DNA of 64,000 nucleotides. Origin: Antedon mediterranea (Eukaryota; Animalia; Echinodermata). This document shows positions 37,624-51,309 of this stretch, in pieces. The stretch spans positions 930,001-994,000 of the forward strand of contig NC_092673.1 of the NCBI RefSeq assembly GCF_964355755.1, in the 5' to 3' direction. The translations under genes were made by a program, and so were the position numbers. The notes under the pieces were generated by a model. The model saw only the letters and a list, made by a program, of their open reading frames with translations, searched no databases and was not told the DNA's origin. The first letter of the stretch is position 1, and every line of letters begins with the position of its first letter.

Positions 37624-38480
37624 GTATTACGCGCCATTCATTAATATATCATTTCAATTTGTAACTAGCGCCATCACAGTTAAGCGTGATTGTGTTCAAT
37701 GTATTTGAGCGAATTTCAAAGCGTTGGCAATGCACATGCGTACTCATATCTACTTTCGATGCAAACAAAATGCGCAGGAAAAGTCGAGCTTACATTCTGA
37801 TTTTTAAACAAATGGTTTGTTTTCCAATTTTGAAACAACATACCATACAAAAGAATCGTTTATGTTTGCAAATGTTGTAGTATCATGAAAACAAATCATT
37901 AGAAATACAGGTAAGATTAATAACAATGTAACTGAGTTATGTTGTAGAACAGTAATACGTCATGGCTTTATGACAATATTATGATAATTTGACAAATTAC
38001 CCCAAATTATTGTTTCCAAGGGAATGTAGATTTTTAACTGATAACACAGGCTCTGCTCCCGTTTAACACTGCTCTACTTATTCTATATTTGTATGCTCTG
38101 TGTTCACAACTCAAAGCAGCACTCGAAGGCCTCCTTAATAAGTTTAATGTGTACAAACACATGATTCGGTGCCATTATTGTGCACTACTGTAACATAATC
38201 AATCAGTTTGAATGTGTCATAACATAATAAAGTTATACACTGTTATACTTTACCATAGACCTAGTACTGCAGAAACTAGGCCCCATAAATGTAATATGAT
38301 TTATGGTTTTCTATAAACATCTTCACGTTTTGTTTAATGCATTTGCAAATTCTTACAACATTAAACATTGATTTATTGGTTTTTATTTAGAAAACCACAG
38401 AAAGCAATTTATTGATTTAAAAAAAAATTATTTATACACTCGTTTAATTATTTATAGAAGCTATAATTCTAACGACCATC

Positions 38481-38560
38481 AATAACACATACGTAATACA
38501 CATACGTAATACATACGTAATACACATACGTAATAACACATACGTAATAACACATACGTA
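38481..38560. repeat. 13-14-bp repeat TAATAACACATACG, ~6 copies
   Basis: Direct reading. Confidence 0.9.
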
Positions 38561-39214
38561 TTATTTACAAATAAAAGGGAAAGTATTATTTTCAAAGATT
38601 TACACTTTAATGTATACATTATGCAAAACAATGTATATATACATAATAAAAAACAGCTTTTTTATACCATTTTATTGTGTTATGATAGAGAAGTCGTCTT
38701 ACCGTCTACGATCGATAACTTGGCCTATATATTTATTCTTAAAATTCTATGAAATAAGATGTTTTCACATTTTGGAGCGAAACTAATATACACACGTTTA
38801 CATAATCCGACCACAATACGAAGTATCCTTGAATTTTGTTTTAACGATACGTATAATACATTATTATTCTTTTATATATAGAAACAAATATATATGTGTT
38901 GGTTGTAACGAAGAAGTAAGTCAGTAGACGAAGACGAATTACACGTAAGGCAAAACGTATTTTCGTATTGTAGATTTAGTTTTAAAAAATCCACTAAGTG
39001 AGTTTAAAAATAATGTACCTTTATTGCTCTACTGACTGCTGCAAATCGCATACATATTATCCGACAAAGAAACTAGATTAAAACACGAAAATGTACTGTT
39101 TCTGAGCTGCGAATGTTTCAGAAAATACATTACAGATTGTCTTACGCGTCTTACGGTCCACAATCTAGCAAAAATTCAATGATATATTATATGCTTTGTT
39201 TTTTTTACGATTGC

Positions 39215-39268
39215 AAATGCACACGAGACGACCTACAGTTATAACGTCCCTCCCAAAGGGACGTTGTG
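39215..39268 (-). mobile_element. Possible Deu/Nin-domain SINE remnant
   Basis: Minus strand CGTCCCTTTGGGAGGGACGTTATAACTGTAGGTC resembles the GTCxTTCGGATGxGACGTTAAACCGxGGTC hairpin core of Deu/Nin SINEs (from recall). Confidence 0.4.
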
Positions 39269-39367
39269 GTACTTAACGTTCATGAATTGACTTTTAACAC
39301 ACATGACACAGGTTTAAACTTTATTACCAATTATAGTACATTTTAAGATTATTGATGTTTCAAATCC

Positions 39368-39465
39368 CCTCTACAGCTCACTATGTCGGTCGGTTGGTCG
39401 GTCGTTCGATTGGTAGGTAAACACTAACTTGAGCACCAGACTGCAGCCATGTATATGGCCTTGTT
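39368..39465 (+). mobile_element. 5'-truncated HINE/DINE-1-like element
   Basis: CTCTACAGCTCACTATGTCGGTCGGTTGGTCGGTC matches the 37499 copy; 3' hairpin GCCATGTATATGGC, then CTTGTT. Confidence 0.65.
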
Positions 39466-39492
39466 AAAAACGTTTAATTAAACTTAAAGCAT

Positions 39493-39697
39493 GGCTAGGT
39501 TGGATGAGGGCTAGGTTGAATAAGGGGATAGCTAGGGTGAATGATGGGCTAGGCTGGATGAGGGGCTAGGTTGAATAAGGGGCTAGGTTGGATGAGGAGC
39601 TAGGCTGGATGAGGGGCTCGATTGGATGAGAGCTAGGTGGAATAAGGGGATAGGTTGGATGAGGGGCTAGGTTGAATAAGAGGCTAGGGTGAATGAC
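39493..39697. repeat. G-rich 17-bp minisatellite GGGGCTAGGTTGGATGA, ~12 copies
   Basis: Direct reading. Confidence 0.93.
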
Positions 39698-40530
39698 GTG
39701 TCACATGTGACGGAAGATAATTCTAGTGTCATGATTCAATGAAAATAGGCCTACCAAGGGACATTAAAATGTGATGTTTATCGCACTTTTTATGTTCGCG
39801 GATCATTATTTTGTCATTTACTATCATGTTAGCGACATTTCATTGTCATGACACGCCTTGTGATTACGGGCCTATCGATTCAAAAAGTCATTCTGCGCAT
39901 CTAATGTATTTGAGCATGCGCAGAATGATTTATATTGCAAGCTGTGGGGCTTTCATATAACACGACAGTTTAATAACATTTCTCTAGAATGTAAATATGT
40001 AGTTTATGCTGTAATTCAAATTCTTAAAGTCAGATAATCTATTCAACTAAAATCAATCATTCCAGTCAACATCATTCCATTAATTGTTTTATGGCAAGTT
40101 CGCCAAAAACAAGGTTACATTAACTTAATTCATAGCCTAGACAAACACAATTCAAAAATGTCATCGTAAAATAAATTACAACATGGACTAGTTCGACTAA
40201 GAGTACAACCATTCCTGCTTTAAAAAAAATAATTAAGCGAAATATCATGTACCCATTAAACATGTTATTCAAAATCAATTAAATTACCATAAGCGATGTT
40301 GTATGCATTTATTTAATAAAAATATTGACAAAGCGCGCGTGCGTAAAGAATTAAAAGTGTGGTTATAAAAGTGGTAATTAAAGGAAGGGATATTAATTAC
40401 TATTCAATACAGTCTTTGTTGGCTTCTTGATTAGATGAATATTTTAATAACATCTCCTCATTCAATAAGAAATATTATCTATATTCAGTTTCTACCTGCC
40501 GCATCTTTATACTGTTTAGTAATTTGTAGT

Positions 40531-40822
40531 GTTCCCCAGTAGGACGTAACGCAAACAAATCATATAATATACATGATAGTGGTCTAGTGGGATGCAGGAG
40601 TAATGTTGTTTTAAGCATCAACATGCAGTGTCCGTAAGCACTAACTGTATAATTATAACAGTCAATAGCCACCATGATCTGGTATCACCACGGTTACAAG
40701 GACTACCAGTACCAGTAACGCAGGGACGTGAGCGCTCAACGCAAATAATTTGACCAATCAAAAGCGATGGATTAGTCGAACTGTCGCTTGTCATTGGTCA
40801 ACTCGCTCCAAGTGACAACCAA
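40531..40822. mobile_element. Family-A MITE interrupted by a 161-bp insertion
   Basis: GTTCCCCAGTAGGACGTAACGCA | insert | GTAACGCAGGGACGT...TTGACCAATCAAAAGCGATGGATT...TCATTGGTCAACTCGC. Confidence 0.75.
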
Positions 40823-43800
40823 AGACAGAAGATATAAAGATACTCCTCATTCTTGGGTGTACGCATGCGCAGTTTGATAAAATTAGCATAGCACCACGAC
40901 AACCTCTTGCTTCTATAATTATGTAACGAATAATTAGTTGGCAAAGGCGACTTTTAATCTTGATATACGATATGTATTAAACAATGTTAATTAATTCCAT
41001 AACCTAATTAGATTAGTGAGATCCCCTAATTTCACTGGTCCCCTTGCTCCTATAACTGCACGCTCTATTGGGCAAATCGACTAAACAGCTGCTCATCTGA
41101 CGTGTAATTACGACGTACGTATACAGTTATATGAAATCAGGGATATTTGTTTACCAGTCGACGCACTTTTGGTATTGTACAAATTAATAATTATGGGTTT
41201 TCTTGTTAATTGAAATTGAGGGTTGTCAAGCTACTCGGGAAATCTACGAAACCAAACACAATGTTTCATGTTGGTTTGTTATCATTTACCTATTAGCAAA
41301 TTCTTAATAAAATAGCAAGAACAAATGATAATGTTGATAAAACATTTATAAAATAGATGAAACTATTGCTTGACCACCTGGAATGCACTCGGCATGCTAT
41401 TAAATATTCAATTTTTTAATGGAAAGAAGAAGATTACAATAGAAAGTAAAAAGAAATTAAAGTATGAAAGGCCAATATCGTAAAAAATACGTTTACATTA
41501 CTAATAAACAATACTTTGTAACAATCAAAATCATCTAATGCATTAATAAACATTAGTTAATAAGAAATTTAAGTTAATAAGAAATTTAAGTTAATAAGGT
41601 GAGCATATTTTATTTACAAATATTGGTTATTTTTAAATATTTAGTTGTTCATGGTAACGTCGAATATACAGTAGAAAAATAGAATACAGTAAAAAGTGTT
41701 ATGTACATGAAATAGACTTTGCTGTTTGTTATTACAGAATAATGTATATATATGTTGAAATATGATATTAGTTAAATTAAAAAGCAACAAATATGTCATG
41801 AATAAACCTGGTTAAACTACGTCACGCAATACGAATGTGATTAAATGAGCGTAGGCGTACATTATAAACACATTAAGAAAATCTTGAATAAGTCAAGTAC
41901 GCCTTACTTTAATGCTATTAGAAATTCCGAATAAATATAATTGAAATGTTAGTATTTATGTAAGTTGATTGGATGTTTGCATCAAGTCAACTTCCTGCTA
42001 GATCGCAAACTTATATCTACTTTGACATGTTCGGTATTATATAAGATTAATTTAAAGACGAAAACATTTATTACACTTTTCCATTTCAATACAGTTAAGG
42101 CAAGGAGGGATAAGAATGCTTTTAGTCTGTTTTACGTTCATATTATTTTTAATATACAACTGAATGTATTGATATACCAGAACATTATTTACTTTGTGAA
42201 CAAATTTAAAAAAAAAGTATCATAGTTAGCTATGTTATAAATACTAAGGTCCTAGAACTTTTTCCCAAAGTAATATGCGTATAGAAGAAAGGTTATTTTT
42301 TCAAAGTGTAAATTTTCCTCTTTTGAAGTGAGAGAGTGAGAACATAACATAAATGTCATAATGTATTGTTAGTGTAAACACATGACAAACATGGTGTTAA
42401 TGTTATAGGTTATCTCTCATTGAGAGCCTTGTATTATGGCATTTAGATCCTTTAGTAAACAAATGGTTATACATGCATACTTAATTTCAGATACTTATTT
42501 TTCTAGCCAGACGGTTTACTTAACATTACTGCTTCTGTGTACTAACATAGCCAGTGGAATGAACGAACGGACAAATGGTGGCGGTAGTGTAATGTTATCG
42601 TATAAAATATTGACTTACAGGGCTTTCACATGGAATCAATAACTCATCGTAAAAAAGTCAACATGGCGGCAACATTATCAACATCTGAGAAAGTATAATG
42701 CTGCATTAATCCAGCCACATTTGTTTTATTACTTATATAATAATATTCCCAAATGTGCGACTTTAACGACATAATAGAGAATTAAAACTATTTATCATTG
42801 ATAATCTTCGATGACAGTCTTGAAAAGCTCTTTCATTTCCATTTTGATTCTAAAATTCACGCCGAAACGTTTACAAACCGTGAGGGCTTAACGTTTACTA
42901 AATACATTGAATCTGTACTCGATCCTCAACACACAAATCTCATTCCCTGCATGTGGCACGCGTGTTCGCTGAATGTGTATCAAACAGAGTCAACGAATAC
43001 GGGTACTCGAGATGTTTTGCCCTCGCGTTTAACTCGATAATTACATGCAAGTACATGGTACAGATAGGTTAAACAGTGAACTACGATTACTTTCGTTAAG
43101 TTCGAGAAATTCAATGGTACCATTATACCGGTATGAATGTTGTACATAATGTTCATATAAGAACAAGAACATTTACAACATTTGTTATCTGTGTCATTTT
43201 GTACAAGTTCAATTCTACATATAGGCTCCAGTGATCTGTATTTATAATCAAAATGTTTTCATTTTTGACATCTTTTCTAAGCTCAAATTTTACTTACAAT
43301 TTATGTTCAATATGATACATGCGCATGTTTGGCACTACGCTAATAAATCTTAATGCATTACCATGGCGACACTACACCTGCTCTCCGTTAACAGCGCTAT
43401 CAAGTTGGGTAATTTTAAGGGTATATATACAAATTGTTTGCTGAGATTTTGTGCGAAGTAATCTTAAAAGCTGTAGATGAGAATAAACTACATGACGTCA
43501 CAAAAGCTTCTAATCACGGAATTTAGAATTTCCTATAAAATAATCGTTTAAACAATGACGCGTAATTCATTTTCATGTAATTACAAATTCGTCTAACACC
43601 ACTCGGTTTATTTTATTAAACACATTAAAACTGTATTTAAAAGGTCAATGAACTGTTATATACGTAGAGTACTGTATATTTTGTTATTACACCATGCAAT
43701 CTACAGTTATCAAGTAATAAATTAGTATAACACATTTAGGACGAGTAAAGGGATTTTTGTGCATCCATCAATGTTGGCATTTGTAATGAAAGTTATGCGT

Positions 43801-43873
43801 GTTGATAGATGATTATAGTTTTATTATATTATTACCAACCGGCAGCACATAGAAGACAGCGTTACTACCGGTA

Positions 43874-43913
43874 CTTATACGTACTTGTGGTGCGTCCAAG
43901 TGGGAACCAAGCT
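43874..43913. mobile_element. Solo right end of a family-A MITE
   Basis: TGCGTCCAAGTGGGAACCAAGCT|TTA. Confidence 0.75.
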
Positions 43914-44965
43914 TTATTGGGCTAGCGTGGTCACACCAAATGAAAATCGTTTTTTTTGTTGTGTTGTAAGTGGGATTATTTACATAAAGTTAGGGCGCTG
44001 ATAATCAATCAATCATCGACATTGCTATTCCATAACCAAAATAAAATAAAAATGATAATGGAATAGGATACAAAATAAGCACAAGTGCTTTAAACATGTA
44101 GGCTCCAACAATAACAAAATAGAACATTAGTACAAAAATATATTAACATATATGTTAGTAATTAATCTGTATTTTTGTAATTACTATGATCATCTATAAT
44201 AAATAATTTTGATTTTACTTAAATATTTTGCGAATTCAAATATTTTAGGAACACGTCGTCCTGGAAGTCGAGACTTAATTATTTCAAACTCCTGCGTATG
44301 GTATACATAAGTCGGTCTTAACCGACATTTGATAACAAGACAAGTATAAATAGAAACTTAGTGCACATATTTAACAAACGATAATCAATTTAATATGATG
44401 TAATCATACGGTACAATTAAATTGCCTGAACTTAGAAATATGTTGGATGGAATGTAGCCCGACATTGGTGTCCCAGCATGTTACGGCGCACTTAATGATC
44501 TTTTCTGAGTTCACTTTGATGAAAGAACATCAGTTGGTTCAAATAAGTGACGTTTAATGTCAGAACATCTATGAAATGTAAACAGAGTTAGCATGACATC
44601 TTACATTTAAATTGATTCAATTAAAACTATGTTTACTGTAATTAAAGTGTTGTATTTAGCCAATTACTTCACGATATTCTATATTTTAATGGAGTTGTCT
44701 TAATGATATTATTTAATTTTCAATTCAATTAAAAAATGTATTTGTCTACATACTATTACTAAAACAACCAAGTACACGGAGGATGCAAGCTTGAAAAATA
44801 ATAATTACAACAAACATAAACGCAGGGTATAAATAAATAAGGCAAAATAAATATACAAAATACATATTTATCTATAATAATTCAGGTACTGTCACGTGGA
44901 CGACGAGTTACATCATGATTGTTTGGGTGCCACTAGGGCGCACCGCAAGGTTTGTGACGCATTAA

Positions 44966-45114
44966 CGTGTTTCCCACTAGGACGCAACGCACGGACGTAA
45001 GAAGCGCAACGATTTGACAATCACAATCGATGGATTATTAACTGCCGCTTGTCATTGGTCAACTCGCCATGTTACGTCTACGTCCTTGCGTTGCGTTTTA
45101 GTGGGAACCAAGCT
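44966..45114. mobile_element. Harbinger-type MITE, family A, preceded by a second partial left end at ~44921-44950
   Basis: TTCCCACTAGGACGCAACGCA ... TGCGTTGCGTTTTAGTGGGAACCAAGCT|TTA. Confidence 0.85.
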
Positions 45115-45661
45115 TTAGAAACACCCAATGTTTCATCATATAGTCGACACCTGTGTCACACAAATCAGGTTTTTTGCACAGCTAAATAAATAAAGCATCA
45201 CGGGAGCCTATCAACCCAGTAAGGTAGCTACTGAGCCTACTTTGAGTCAGACACGAGTCCTTATAGTCTATGGTTAACGAACAGTAGTAGGTCGCTTAAT
45301 AAGTACCAGTGAAATAAATTGTGTTTTATTTAAGATTGAAGAGATGAATTATTATGAAAAGGATAATTTGTTAGGTAATTCCCTTTATACCGTAGTAGTT
45401 GTTAAGATGTTACAATATGCCTACGCGAATTTGATGAATGGTTTATACCCATATAGAGGTTGAATGTAAAAGCATGGAGTAGAATGAGTAAAAATACTAT
45501 TACTATATATGGTATATAATACAACACCGTATACTATTGTACACAGTACAGTTTGAATCAAACTTAACCTAATATTATAGACTTGCTTGTATGCTGGGGT
45601 TAAGGTAGGTATGTTATGTGTCACTCCATATACAATATGTTAGCTATTTTCCAAAATGCTT

Positions 45662-45720
45662 GATGTCTCTTCAATGTCAGACAGTCAGTAGATGTCTCTT
45701 CAATGTCAGACAGTCAGTAG
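45662..45720. repeat. 29-bp exact tandem duplication GATGTCTCTTCAATGTCAGACAGTCAGTA
   Basis: Direct reading. Confidence 0.9.
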
Positions 45721-46164
45721 GCTCTCATCTTTGAAATAGTACACATATAATAAGCTATACATAATAAATTGAAACGACCGTGGTTACTATTAATTAATAT
45801 TCCACTGTCACAGCTATTGATAAAATACTTCTATTATGTTTTGTAAATAAATTTATAGTTATTGATGTGCTCTGAAGTTTACAAAATTAATTAAAAACCA
45901 ATTCATAGTCGCGTACTTCTGTGCGCTTCACATCAATTGTAAATATTCATTTCTATCGGGAATTTGCATTATTGTTTTATAAATATTTGTTTTATATCTT
46001 TGTAAATAATAATAGTAGGGCCTTTTGTATCATGCATGTTATAGAATTAATTAAGCTGATGCAACAAATAAGCTAAAAACACTTCATTCTGATTAATATC
46101 AGTAAACAATAGAGTAACAGAGAGCTGTAACCCCCGCAAGGAGTAAAAAGAAAAAGGAGCAAGA

Positions 46165-46700
46165 ATCATGATGTCTTTAAGAATGTCATTAAGAATGTTA
46201 TCATTAATGTCATCATTAATGTCATCAATAATATCATTAAGAATGTTATCAATATCATTAATGTCATCAAGAATACCATTATGAATGACATCAATTTCAT
46301 CATGAGTATTATCATGAATGTCATCAAATTTCTTCATCAATGTCATCATGAGTATCATCATGAATGTCATCAAATGTCATCATCAATGTTATCATGAGTA
46401 TCATCATGAATGTCATCAAATGTCATCATCAATGTCATCATGAGTATCATCATGAATGTCATCATTAATGTTATCATCAATGGCATCATGAGTATCATCA
46501 TGAATGTCATCAAATATCATCATGAATTCAATCATGAATTTTATCATGAATTTCATCATCATGTCGCCGTCGACGTTTTCATCAACAAATATCATCATGA
46601 ACATCATCATGATTATCATCAATCATCAATAATGATGATGATTCTATTCATGATTATCATCATGAATAGCATCATCATCATCCTCATCATCATTATTATT
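46165..46700. repeat. (ATC)n-derived 12-bp minisatellite (TCATCATGAATG-like)
   Basis: Direct reading; explains the Asp/Ile/Met/His-rich ORFs. Confidence 0.92.
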
Positions 46701-46735
46701 ATGTGCATATATTCATTAAAAAAATTATGATATTT

Positions 46736-46881
46736 GCTTTCCATTAGGACGCAACGCAACACTAGTAATTTAGCAGCCAATCACGACTCTATTGATTATC
46801 CATAATCGACTCCTGATTGGTCGAATCAAGATACTTACGTTGCGATTACGTTCATCATTGCGTCATAGTGAAATCCACGCT
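46736..46881. mobile_element. Degenerate family-A MITE
   Basis: TTTCCATTAGGACGCAACGCAA...CCAATCAC...TGATTGG...TTGCGTCATAGTGAAATCCACGCT. Confidence 0.7.
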
Positions 46882-47344
46882 AAAAAAAAGGGGGATACGT
46901 AATTTTGATGGGTGTGTTGCACTATTAAATAATGAATATCGAAGTACAATTTGGCGCCTTTTATTTCATCACGGACATCAATTTGTAAAACACCACGGGG
47001 AAAGTTAATTGGAAAACATTTATTGCAGTACTTTATTTCCAAAAGTACACCTGTTAAATATACAATTAATGTTCATAGCAAAATGTAAGTAGGCCATAAC
47101 GGAGGAGGCTTGTTCAATTCATAACGTCGTTTAATGTGAGTTTTCCAATACTCTGATGGAATGAAAAAAGAAACAACTATACCGGTATTAAAAGAGGCCA
47201 CGTGCCAAAATGTGACTCCTCTGCAGCTAACTGGGACATAATCATAATGTTAATGTACATTTTAAACGGAATTCGTAACATGGAGTTACACGTCCCATTA
47301 GTATGGGCAATGGTCATTTTTATTTGGCGTACTATGAGTAATGA

Positions 47345-47718
47345 TCACTGTAAGTCGTGTACACGTATTTTTGAATGGTCACTTTTAGTCGCGTACTAAT
47401 GGATATATTGACCCATGTATGTCTCGTTCTGTTGGATATAATTGATCGCTATAAGTCTCGCATTTTTGAATGGTCACTTTTAGTCGCGTAATTTTGGATA
47501 TATTGACCACTGTAAGTCTCGCACTCTTGGATATATTGATCGCTGTAAGTCTCGCATTCTTGAATGGTCACTTCTAATCGCGTACTCTTTGATATATTGT
47601 TCACTGTCAGTCTCGCACTCTTGGATATATTGGTAAATGTAAGTCGCGTACTAATGGGTATATTGGTCACTGTAAGTTTCGCATTCTTGAATGGTCACTT
47701 TTAGCTGCGTACTCATGG
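47345..47718. repeat. Composite minisatellite of 28-bp and 33-bp related units (28-33-33 pattern)
   Basis: CACTGTAAGTCTCGCATTCTTGAATGGT alternates with CACTTTTAGTCGCGTACTAATGGATATATTGAC-type units. Confidence 0.88.
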
Positions 47719-48122
47719 GGTAATAATCACGGTTAGTCAATGTAAATGAACCCGTTGTTGAATGTATGCTAAAATAAAATTAATGTTTTTTTTCAACCTA
47801 CTTAAATCAAAACGTTTACATTTAAGTTGGTGTACATGTAAGTATGTGTGATAACTTATGTCTTGTGTATTCTGCATTAGAGGGGATATGACCCCAGCAG
47901 TAACTACCAGTTGTCAATCAATGTTAACAGTTACATATACTAAACGTATTGGGACATTAAGTTATCCGTGACAACTGTTAATGTTTTTAAGTGCTGTAAT
48001 TATTTATTGTAATTATTTAGCGAGACAGTTCGTTGCTTTACGATATGTCTTATATCTTTAGTTTAACCAAACTTACCACCTTATAGAAAGATGTATTTCA
48101 AATGTCCTTGTTTCTTGACTAA

Positions 48123-48400
48123 GGCCTGGTTTCCACTATGACGCAACGCAATAACGTTTATACAACGTCAGTATTTCGACCTAATTCAAGATGCTTCAAG
48201 TGTGAACCAAGCTTAAAGCTTAACGGTGCCAATTTGGACGCAACGCAACTAATTTGACTCATCATCACGACGCAATGGATCATCACCGAACTGTTGCTTC
48301 TGATTGATCAACGCCTACGTCAAAACTTGAAGCTAGTTGGTCCCCAACTGGGATGCAACGCCAAGAGGTACGCGCAACCGATGAGGAATAATGACAAATT
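48123..48400. mobile_element. Cluster of three abutting family-A MITE copies or fragments
   Basis: TAA|GGCCTGGTTTCCACTATGACGCAACGCAA...GTGTGAACCAAGCT|TAA|AGCTT...GGACGCAACGCAAC..., then TTGGTCCCCAACTGGGATGCAACGC. Confidence 0.7.
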
Positions 48401-50204
48401 ATAAGCGAATTTTGTGTGACCTAAGTTTTATTTACGATTTTAAATTTTTTGTTGGCGTTTTCCTATATTCGACAGATTGATATCTACGCACATCTCATAC
48501 TGATAGTCCAGGACTGTTTATATTTTGCTATAGTTTGATTTAAACGATAACTTATTAATTTCTATTCTGTCACTAGAAATTGTGTAAAATGAATCAGAAA
48601 ATCAGAAAGCGAACGACATTCAGCGGCAGCTATGGACATACTGGCGTTACGGATGACATGCCGTCGTCGTCGCCTGGACAACGTAATCCAGGCCGGGTAA
48701 AGAACGCTTATTAATTTTCTCAATCTATTAAGAGCATCGTTTCAGTATTTTTTTTAGTTTCAATTAATAAGTTTAATAATACCTGAATGAGTTGTTGCTG
48801 TCCTCTTCTCAGATAACACATTATTGGTTGATGCACATTCATTATGTTCCACATCGATTATAGTCTACGTGGGCGTACGGTACGCGTACGGTACGCGCTA
48901 AAAATGGCAGGAACAATGTAAAATTGGATAAAATACTAATAATGTATATGTTATGTTTTCTTACGACTTAAGATTTAAATCTAAAGATAATTAATACCGA
49001 AAGGCCTACAGGGATGCCTACAAATCCACCAGTAGGCCTGTGATAAAAAAAATACAATATACCGAAGGCCTATTAGTACAATTCACAACGTATACACGCA
49101 CGTGTACATTGATACAGAGTTGGAAAATAAATTAAAATAAAACAAATATAAAGAAAAGACCATCCTTTTAATCATCTTTCTTCAAACATGTACGTCATGA
49201 TATATGGACCTCACATATAGAGAATCATTTCTATGCACAGGTCCACCTGTTATTCACTTAGGTGCAAATTAAATTTCACACCTGGAAATATATGCACATC
49301 CTAATGCCGGTCTAACGTCGCGAGTTTGGCGCAATCATGAAAGTTTGTTATCAGCGCTGCTTTTTCATCCAATTCGAGATTTACAACTGTATTATAGCAG
49401 GTTTAATTGCAATGTTGTCGTATGCATATCAATTGTGATGAGGTTAAATTGGATATGCTATACGTATCGCGCCCAGGGGTGTCATTCTTAATGTAGCTAC
49501 TGTGTTTAAAATGTGCTATCAATCGTCATGGCATACGGTGGTTAACATTGAGTTGATACTCTATTATCGTTTTTCCTTTTCGTATGTACGGGGTTCTTTT
49601 TCAGAAGATATTGATGTAAAAAATAATGAAATGTGACCTTTCTGCAATTATTAAAGTTACTACGACATTTTAAGACAAATTGCGGCTTGCGGTTCAGATA
49701 CGTGTATTATACGGGTATACCAATACATAGTCGACACACGCGCTACTTATTTCTCCATGAATTTACTAAAAAAACACAATAACTAAACATATAAAGTTTA
49801 CAATCATTCTGAGCATCTGTGTAATTAATAAACAAGAATTAAACACATAAGGCATAACATGATTCTGAGCATCTGCTGTGTAATTAATGTTTTCACGGCG
49901 ACCATCCTTTTGGCATAGCAGCAGGAACAGTGTATGTTTACGCAAATTTGTTTAAAAGTATCGGTGTGTGCCACCAGTGCCACATATGGTATCAAAACGT
50001 TCATGTTTGACAACCCTTCAGTACGACAAACTACACACTGACAATCGATCAATTTTAGTCATGTTCTACTGCTTTCATCTAACATGACGTTTAAATATTT
50101 GCTGATCTACGAATCTAAAAGGAAAAGGATCACTTAATCTGTAAATATGTCACGCTATAGCTGACAAACTTCAATAGTGTCAAGTAGCAAATCATTTACG
50201 TCAT

Positions 50205-50520
50205 GTCAGTGCGTATGTTAGGTGATGTTTGCTGCGTATTTTAGTTGATGTTCAGTGCGTATATGTTATACTGCGTCTAGTTGTTGTTTATAGTGCGTAT
50301 TCTTTGGACGTTCAATGCGCATACTGGTTGATTTTTAGTGCGTATGTTAGTTGATATTTAGTGCGTATATGTTAGACGGCGTCTAGTTGATGTTTATAGT
50401 GCGTATTCTTTAGATGTTCAGTGCGCATGTTAGTTGTTGTTCAGTGCGCATGTTAGTTGTTGTTCAGTGCGCATGTTAGTTGTTGTTCAGTGCGCATGTT
50501 AGTTGTTGTTCAGTGCGCAT
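50205..50520. repeat. 23-bp minisatellite GTTCAGTGCGCATGTTAGTTGTT, ~13 copies, homogeneous at the 3' end
   Basis: Direct reading. Confidence 0.9.
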
Positions 50521-51285
50521 ACATATCAGGTGGTGTTCGCTGCCTGCAGTTAATGTTCACTGTAAACGAAAAGCGAGCTGTTAAGTTGTAAAAACAAATT
50601 TAAATATTATTTTTAACCAAATGACGTAATTCAGTAATAGTCACGCTTAACTTGAAAGAAATTAAATTGGATTCTAGTAATTCTTTAAATAGATGACAAT
50701 TTATCTAATTGTAAATGCTAAAAACAGCAGTTTCGTTATATTTATTAAATAATAAATTATTTCTAATAGCACCATATCAATACGTTTGATTACGATATAG
50801 GGTTATAAGGTCACGTGGTAAATTGATGATTTATTTACTCTTAAACTGAAGCTTTTGATTATATTAGTGTTATGGTGAACCTGAAAATTAGTGAATTAAA
50901 AGGGACGACATCGGTAATAAACCGCACATGTTTATATTAGGCTACGTTTTACAATCAATTTTCAAGAGAATGGTTCTGAAATACAGTCGCAAGATGTGGT
51001 CAAGTTATGCTCAATACATGCTGTATGTGCGCTATATTTCCATGATTTGTTAAAATAAGTAGTGCGTGTGCGTGTAGTAGTGCGTGCGTAAACAACCAAT
51101 GACTTCACGTAGGTCCTAAATTGTGATCAAGATTGTTTAAATACAGAATACTTAAATTATTGACTTATTAATGCGAAATCAATCACATTAGGTCAAAAGG
51201 TTAGGAAATGACATCTTAATCGACGTGTACATCACGATCAGATTAAGGCATTGATTTAAGAATGATGACTGTCGCTTAGAATTCA

Positions 51286-51309
51286 TATATATATATATAT
51301 ATATATATA
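51286..51309. repeat. (AT)12 microsatellite
   Basis: Direct reading. Confidence 0.95.
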
